A stretch of 64,000 nt of DNA, taken from NCBI GenBank assembly GCA_040220235.1, contig JAVJTO010000071.1. One strand, given 5' to 3'. Shown here piece by piece: positions 58,672-64,000 of the stretch. Source of the stretch: Coleofasciculus sp. B1-GNL1-01. Its GTDB lineage: Bacteria; Cyanobacteriota; Cyanobacteriia; Cyanobacteriales; Coleofasciculaceae. A program made the translations under genes and the position numbers. The notes under the pieces were generated by a model, which was given only the letters and a program-made list of their open reading frames with translations, made no database searches and was not told where the DNA came from. Numbering within the stretch: position 1 is the first letter of the stretch; each line of letters begins with the position of its first letter.

Positions 58672-60722
58672 GTGGGATAGTGGGGATTTACTATCTCGAT
58701 GGGCGTCCCGTGGAACGGGAAATCCTGGGGCGGATGGTAGATAGATTGGCACATAGAGGTGCTGATGGTGCGGGGATTTGGTGTGAAGCGTCGGTGGGTT
58801 TGGCACATCGGATGCTGTGGACGACACCGGAATCGTTTTTGGAAAAGTTGCCTTTGGTGAGTTCTCAAGGACATTGGGTACTCACGGCGGATGCGCGGAT
58901 TGATAATCGTGAGGAACTGATTGCGGCGTTGGGGTTAAATCAGTGTCCGGTTGAGAAGATTACCGATAGTCAGCTTATTTTGGCGGCTTATGAACGATGG
59001 GGGAATGGTTGTCCGCAACGGTTGTTAGGTGACTTTGCGTTTGCGATATGGGATCAGCGTCAGCAGGTGCTGTTTTGCGCCAGAGACCATAGTGGGGTGA
59101 AGCCGTTTTACTATTATTATTCACCGGGTAAGTTTTTTGCCTTTGCCTCGGAGATTAAGGGGGTATTGGGTTTACCGGAAGTCTCGCGTCGGGTGAATCA
59201 GGCGAAGGTGGGGATTTATTTGTGTCAGTTAACGGGGTTTGCTTCGTTAAAGTCGGATACGTTTTACCAGGATATTCGGCGTTTACCCCCGGCGCAGTGG
59301 CTGGAAGTGAGTGAGAGGGGGTTGAATTTTCAGTCCTATTGGGATTTGGATGCGGCGGCGCAAACGATACAGTTCCAGTCTGATGGGGAGTATGTGGAGG
59401 CGTTTCGAGAACGGTTTACCCAGGCTGTGGCTTGTCGCTTGCGGAGTGCTTATCCGGTGGTATCTACTCTGAGTGGTGGGTTGGATTCGTCGTCGGTTAG
59501 CTGTGTGGCGAGGAATCTGTTACGGGGGCAAAACCTCTCCCCCAACCCCTCTCCTGCAAGGAAAGCTGGGGGGGTTAGGTTTCCCTTATTGACGGTTTAT
59601 GGGGATTGTGGTGTACCGTCTACGGATGAGAAAGGGTATGTGAATGCGGTATTGGCGCAGGGGGGGTTTCAGCATTCGATCGCTACGGTGAGGAATCCCA
59701 TTGGTTCAGCGCAAACGGTGACGCCTTGCATAGATAGACCCGTGCAAATGCCTACACCTGCCATGTTACTGGCTTCTTTGCAGTCCGTGCAGCAGCAGGG
59801 GGCGCGGGTGGTGTTGACGGGACATGATGGGGATACGATTGTGTCTCATGGTCAAGATTATCCGGCTGAGTTAATTGAGTTGGGTAAGTGGGACTGTTTA
59901 AAGGATATTGTTATATCGCGTTTGGATAAAGGGAAAGAATCAGCGGACAAGAAAAGGGTAGAGTATGAACTTTATCAGTATGTTCTGCCTTATTTTAACC
60001 AGTTGGTCAAAGATTTTAAGATAAAGGGCTATTGGCAGGGACTCTCTAAGGTTTCTCGGAATTGGTCGTTCTCCCTTCGTGGTATCGTCAGTTTGCCCGT
60101 TCGGAGTATTTATTACAATTTACGTCAGGTTAAGTGGCAGGCTTATAATTCAAAGATTAATCGTGATTTTGCTCGTCAGGTTGGTTTAAATGGGCTACTT
60201 CAGGATGAGTTGGACTATCAATTGGCTTATTTGCCGTCGGAATATTTGAATCATCATCGCGGGATAACCTCGGATAATATGCAGGATATCAATGAGCAAG
60301 TTGATGGGATGAGTGCGGCGTTGGGGATAGAACCGCGTCATCCGTTTCTGGATAAGCGAGTTGTGGAGTTGTGTTTGGCGGTTCCGGCTCATTTGAAATT
60401 TTGCAATGGGTTTGGGCGGGGGGTAATGCGACGGGCGATGAAGGATATTTTGCCGGAGGAGGTGCGGCGGCGGGGGAGTAAGGTGGATTTTTATGGGTTT
60501 ATTATTCCAGAGATGGAGAGGGATGAGCGGGAGTTGATTGAGGAGGTGTTGGGGGGAGAGTCGGAGTTATCGCGTTATATAGATAGTCATGCTTTATATC
60601 AAGAGTACCGGGAGTTTTCAAAGTCTGCGACTCCTTGGAAGCAGAGGAGGCGTGGGGCAAGAATGATTGCTTGTGCAATGTTCTTGGCAATGTGGTTGAG
60701 GCAATCTAAGGATTGTGGTTGA
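58668..60722 (+). CDS. Lasso peptide cyclase (asparagine synthetase homologue)
   Basis: MSG start (Ntn Cys absent), 'DARIDNREEL', 'GDFAFAIWD', 'LSGGLDSS', 'HPFLD.RVVE'; operon with B1/B2. Confidence 0.93.
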   Translation: MSGIVGIYYLDGRPVEREILGRMVDRLAHRGADGAGIWCEASVGLAHRMLWTTPESFLEKLPLVSSQGHWVLTADARIDNREELIAALGLNQCPVEKITDSQLILAAYERWGNGCPQRLLGDFAFAIWDQRQQVLFCARDHSGVKPFYYYYSPGKFFAFASEIKGVLGLPEVSRRVNQAKVGIYLCQLTGFASLKSDTFYQDIRRLPPAQWLEVSERGLNFQSYWDLDAAAQTIQFQSDGEYVEAFRERFTQAVACRLRSAYPVVSTLSGGLDSSSVSCVARNLLRGQNLSPNPSPARKAGGVRFPLLTVYGDCGVPSTDEKGYVNAVLAQGGFQHSIATVRNPIGSAQTVTPCIDRPVQMPTPAMLLASLQSVQQQGARVVLTGHDGDTIVSHGQDYPAELIELGKWDCLKDIVISRLDKGKESADKKRVEYELYQYVLPYFNQLVKDFKIKGYWQGLSKVSRNWSFSLRGIVSLPVRSIYYNLRQVKWQAYNSKINRDFARQVGLNGLLQDELDYQLAYLPSEYLNHHRGITSDNMQDINEQVDGMSAALGIEPRHPFLDKRVVELCLAVPAHLKFCNGFGRGVMRRAMKDILPEEVRRRGSKVDFYGFIIPEMERDERELIEEVLGGESELSRYIDSHALYQEYREFSKSATPWKQRRRGARMIACAMFLAMWLRQSKDCG

Positions 60723-60754
60723 ATGGTTTTTGATTTGTTTAGTTAAGGAGATAG

Positions 60755-61057
60755 ATGATGAGTATTGAGAGAGAAATGATAGATAACCACGGAGTAAATC
60801 TTCCCTATGAACAACCGAGTATTAAGAAGTATGGAACGATGAAAGAATTTACACTAGGTTCAAGTGGAAGTGGAGGTGATGGGATGGGAAGCGACGCAAA
60901 GACAGAGCAAAACACTAGAATAAATGATGTTAATCAAAATGCAAGTGCAGGTAACGACGATCCTCGTTCATTTGATGATAATGTTTTCTTTGGAGATAAC
61001 AAAAACTCTGCCGCCGATTTTTTAATACAAGACGTAACTATCGGAAATGACGATTAG
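60755..61057 (+). CDS. Lasso peptide precursor A1 (34-aa leader, 66-aa core)
   Basis: AAGGAG RBS; Y(-17), P(-14), I(-12), G(-8), T(-2); core starts GSSGSGGD. Confidence 0.88.
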   Translation: MMSIEREMIDNHGVNLPYEQPSIKKYGTMKEFTLGSSGSGGDGMGSDAKTEQNTRINDVNQNASAGNDDPRSFDDNVFFGDNKNSAADFLIQDVTIGNDD

Positions 61058-61139
61058 TGTGATCGCTCACTATGACTAGCTTGGCATAAGCTGTCATGCA
61101 TTTAATTTATTAACGAGAGCGAATGCGAATAAGGGTTAA

Positions 61140-62081
61140 ATGTTTTTCTACCAAGCCTATGGTTTAAATATTCATTCTGACTTTCCTCTTCCTGAATTAC
61201 TACCAGGAGGAGATAAAGCAGATATTTACATCCAAAAAGGAAAACTCAAACCCCCACCCTTAGAACCCACCTCTATCAACCGTCAAGGAATAGAAGCCCT
61301 ATTTGGTGGCACCACTCAAGAAGCCTACCTGCACTGGCAAGGAATCGCCACCCTACTCGCAAAAGATGGCAAAACCCTAATTGTTGACACCTACTCCAAC
61401 AACATCAAACCCCAACTCTTAAACCTGTACATCTTGAGCGAAGCATTAGGCATAATCCTCTATCAAAGAGGCTTATTTTTACTCCATGCCAGTGCTATAA
61501 AAATAGGGGAACAAGTCGTTATCTTTGCAGGGACTCCAGGTGCAGGGAAATCTACCACGGCTGCTGCTTTTGCCAAATGCGGCTATACCGTACTCGCTGA
61601 TGATATGGTCGCTATATCCCTCGATAATCCAAGGAAACCAATGGTTTACCCCGCGTTTCCCCAGATAAAAATCTGGCAATCAGCCGTCAAGGGATTGGGT
61701 TATAATCCATCGTTATTACCCCCACTTTTTCCCGGTTCCCGCAAACGGGTTATCCGGCAAAAAGAAAACTTTCCCGTTGACCCATATCCCCTGACTCATA
61801 TCTTTATATTAGAGGAGGGAGCAGACCTTAAGATTACCAAAATGGATGGAACCAATGCTTTTTTTAGCCTAGCACGTTTCTTTCCCTTACCCAGTGATCT
61901 TCTGCAAGGAACTGCCCTTGAGCGTCATTTCCAGCAGTGCGTTCAATTGACAGGGGATGTAGATATTTGGAAGGTGGAGAATCCGAAGAATTTTGGGGCG
62001 CTGAAGCAGTTGGTGCGTTGGGTTGAAGGAGAGTTAGGAGAAGATAGACCCAAAAATCAAGTTTTTTGTTCGATTAGTTAA
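61140..62081 (+). CDS. HPr-kinase-like kinase (lasso-cluster type)
   Basis: 'YQAYGLNIHSD', 'LLHASAI', Walker A GTPGAGKST, 'LADD'. Confidence 0.85.
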   Translation: MFFYQAYGLNIHSDFPLPELLPGGDKADIYIQKGKLKPPPLEPTSINRQGIEALFGGTTQEAYLHWQGIATLLAKDGKTLIVDTYSNNIKPQLLNLYILSEALGIILYQRGLFLLHASAIKIGEQVVIFAGTPGAGKSTTAAAFAKCGYTVLADDMVAISLDNPRKPMVYPAFPQIKIWQSAVKGLGYNPSLLPPLFPGSRKRVIRQKENFPVDPYPLTHIFILEEGADLKITKMDGTNAFFSLARFFPLPSDLLQGTALERHFQQCVQLTGDVDIWKVENPKNFGALKQLVRWVEGELGEDRPKNQVFCSIS

Positions 62082-62097
62082 ATTAAGGAGAAAGAAG

Positions 62098-62298
62098 ATG
62101 AATAGCGATGTAGGAAATATGGAGAAACAGGAAATGAACCTGCCTTATAAGCAACCCAATCTAAAGAAATACGGCTCGATGAAAGAGTTTACACTTGGTT
62201 CAGGTGGAAGTGGCGGCGATGGCATGGGGAGTGATAATGACGCAATAGCAAATGATGCAAAAGCTATTGATGATGGTGATTTTCAGGTGGGGGATTGA
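62098..62298 (+). CDS. Lasso peptide precursor A2 (33-aa leader, 33-aa core)
   Basis: AAGGAG RBS; YKQPNLKKYGSMKEFTL|GSGGSGGD. Confidence 0.88.
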   Translation: MNSDVGNMEKQEMNLPYKQPNLKKYGSMKEFTLGSGGSGGDGMGSDNDAIANDAKAIDDGDFQVGD

Positions 62299-62449
62299 TT
62301 GTAGAAAATAACGCATATACTATATCTGGTTTTGGAGAGGCGAACAAAAAAATTAAAGCTATTTGTTAAAAAAATGTTCTAATATTATCTTCTTTGAACA
62401 AAAATTGTCTGAAGATTCTTGTTAAGTGGTTCAATAAAGGAGGACTAAG

Positions 62450-62704
62450 ATGAAGATTGATGAAACCAGAGGAAATAAAATGGAACCTCTTTTCTATGAG
62501 CAACCAAGTCTCAAGAAATACGGAACGATGAAAGAGTTTACTCTTGGTTCAGGTGGAAGCGGCGGTGATGGCATGGGAAGCGACACCAATAATTACGCAC
62601 ATACAGATGGAGATCCAGAAGTTCCAGTTGTTGATTTACCATCAGATCATGAAGGACAAGTAGATCCCAATAGGGTTGCAATTGACGAAACTAAAGTAGA
62701 TTGA
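62450..62704 (+). CDS. Lasso peptide precursor A3 (32-aa leader, 52-aa core)
   Basis: AGGAGG RBS; YEQPSLKKYGTMKEFTL|GSGGSGGD. Confidence 0.88.
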   Translation: MKIDETRGNKMEPLFYEQPSLKKYGTMKEFTLGSGGSGGDGMGSDTNNYAHTDGDPEVPVVDLPSDHEGQVDPNRVAIDETKVD

Positions 62705-62864
62705 TTTGGATCACCCCGTTTTGGATAATGCATTACCAAAAGTAACGAATTGGCAAGGATTTCAGCCCCTTTACAAGAGTCAACGTGCCAAATTGGGATG
62801 CTCCAGATTGATTAGGAGATAGTTGATAATTATTAACTAACTTAGTTGTCAAGTAAAAGTTACT

Positions 62865-62929
62865 GTAGGATGGGCAATGTAAAGCAACAATATCAAGTTT
62901 TTGAGAAGTTTAAATATTGCCCACCCTAC
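62865..62929. repeat. GTAG-capped inverted repeat (GTAGGATGGGCAAT...ATTGCCCACCCTAC)
   Basis: Read directly. Confidence 0.8.
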
Positions 62930-62970
62930 ATAAAAATAAGCTTGCTTAAAATTCATGATAGCTGCCGAGT

Positions 62971-64000
62971 ATGTATTCTAAATTCGCAAATCTCATCTCC
63001 CCTTTCAACATAGAAGACTTTTTCCACCATTACTACGAAAAAAACTACCTCCACCTCTCCCGCAATACCCCAACCTACTACGACGCCATCCTCAACACTG
63101 ACGACATCGACTTATTTTTCCAAAACAAAACCTTACCCAGTTCCCATCTGCGAGTCGTCAACAACGGCGAAGAATTACCCGCCTGGAAATGGTCGCACCG
63201 CAACTCATCAACCGCTGATAACGATAGACTCTTCGTCCTCTTCAACGAAGGAAATACCCTAATTATCAACTCCGGCAATAGCTCAATTCTCAAACTAATC
63301 AACTATTGTGCCGACCTCGAACGCGAACTGCAAATCCGCTTACAATTCAACATCTACATCACCCCCGTCAACGCCCAAGGATTTGCCCCCCACTACGATG
63401 ACCACGATGTCTTCATCTTACAAACTACAGGCACCAAACGCTGGCGTTTATACCATTCTCCCATAGAACTTCCCTCCCAAAAACAACCCCACTGTAAACA
63501 AAAGGGTAAATACGAACTCGGAGAACCCACATTTGAAGTCGAACTCCAACCCGGTGACTTACTCTATATTCCCAGAGGACTCATCCACGACGCCATCACC
63601 ACCGACACCGCCTCCGTTCACATTACCTTGGGATTACATCCCAACTACTGGTTTGAACTCCTCCGAGAAGTCGCCGACATCGCCGAAGACAAAGCCGAAT
63701 TCCGACGCGCCGTTCCCAATGCTTTAATGAATGAACAGCATCACCAAGACTTTAAAGCCGAATTTCGCCAACGCCTGCAAGCATTAATCGATACCCTAGA
63801 CGTAGACGAACTCCTCACCCGGAAATCTGAACAGTATATTAGTAACAAACGTTCCGAAGACCAAAACCGCTTCAAAGATTCCATTCAACTCAATAAGCTA
63901 AATCTCAACACCGTCCTATCCCGCCGGGAAAATATCCTATTTAAACTGGACAAAGACGACGAAAAAATCTATGTCAAATTCTACAAAAAGACCCTCGATT
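62971..64000 (+). CDS. JmjC/cupin Fe(II)-2OG oxygenase, YcfD/NO66 ribosomal-oxygenase-like; partial, runs off the window
   Basis: Absent from the ORF track because it has no stop in the window. Manual translation: MYSKFANLISPFNIEDFFHHYYEK...NIYITPVNAQGFAPHYDDHDVFILQTTGTKRWRLY...LQPGDLLYIPRGLIHDA. Confidence 0.9.
   Translation, partial: MYSKFANLISPFNIEDFFHHYYEKNYLHLSRNTPTYYDAILNTDDIDLFFQNKTLPSSHLRVVNNGEELPAWKWSHRNSSTADNDRLFVLFNEGNTLIINSGNSSILKLINYCADLERELQIRLQFNIYITPVNAQGFAPHYDDHDVFILQTTGTKRWRLYHSPIELPSQKQPHCKQKGKYELGEPTFEVELQPGDLLYIPRGLIHDAITTDTASVHITLGLHPNYWFELLREVADIAEDKAEFRRAVPNALMNEQHHQDFKAEFRQRLQALIDTLDVDELLTRKSEQYISNKRSEDQNRFKDSIQLNKLNLNTVLSRRENILFKLDKDDEKIYVKFYKKTLD

Noticed and set aside
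58668..60722. Housekeeping asparagine synthetase AsnB
   Set aside because: Lacks the N-terminal catalytic Cys and is coupled to lasso B1/B2 genes and precursors
63078..63727. ORF-track entries 63078-63302 and 63533-63727
   Set aside because: Shadows of the real JmjC ORF starting at 62971

Overview
64 kb of a cyanobacterial chromosome. HIP1 GCGATCGC octamers are frequent, and the heptamer microsatellites, GTAG-capped palindromes and gene repertoire suggest a filamentous Oscillatoriales/Coleofasciculus-like organism (inference). Contents in order: a MoxR-DUF58-DUF4350-DUF4129 operon; an Rpn nuclease; assorted single genes; a REP-flanked Y1 (RAYT-like) transposase; Uma2 and a TPR-trypsin operon bracketed by decayed copies of a selD segment; an oxidoreductase-SelD fusion; a vWA protein and a pseudo-caspase; a TpsA/FHA-CHAT protease-DUF928-CHASE2/PP2C module whose DUF928 protein carries nine GG[VTI]RG repeats; an SdrD-B/RTX surface protein and its chimeric duplicate; an SDR-PhyH fusion; and, at the right end, a lasso-peptide cluster (B1, B2, C, HPr-kinase-like, JmjC oxygenase). 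That cluster has three precursors sharing a near-invariant predicted ring (G1-D8) but with unusually long, unrelated acidic tails that all end in Asp. The lasso cluster and the CHAT/DUF928/CHASE2 module are the best candidates for undescribed systems. No rRNA, tRNA or CRISPR array was recognised. All family calls are from motif recognition by eye; no searches were run.
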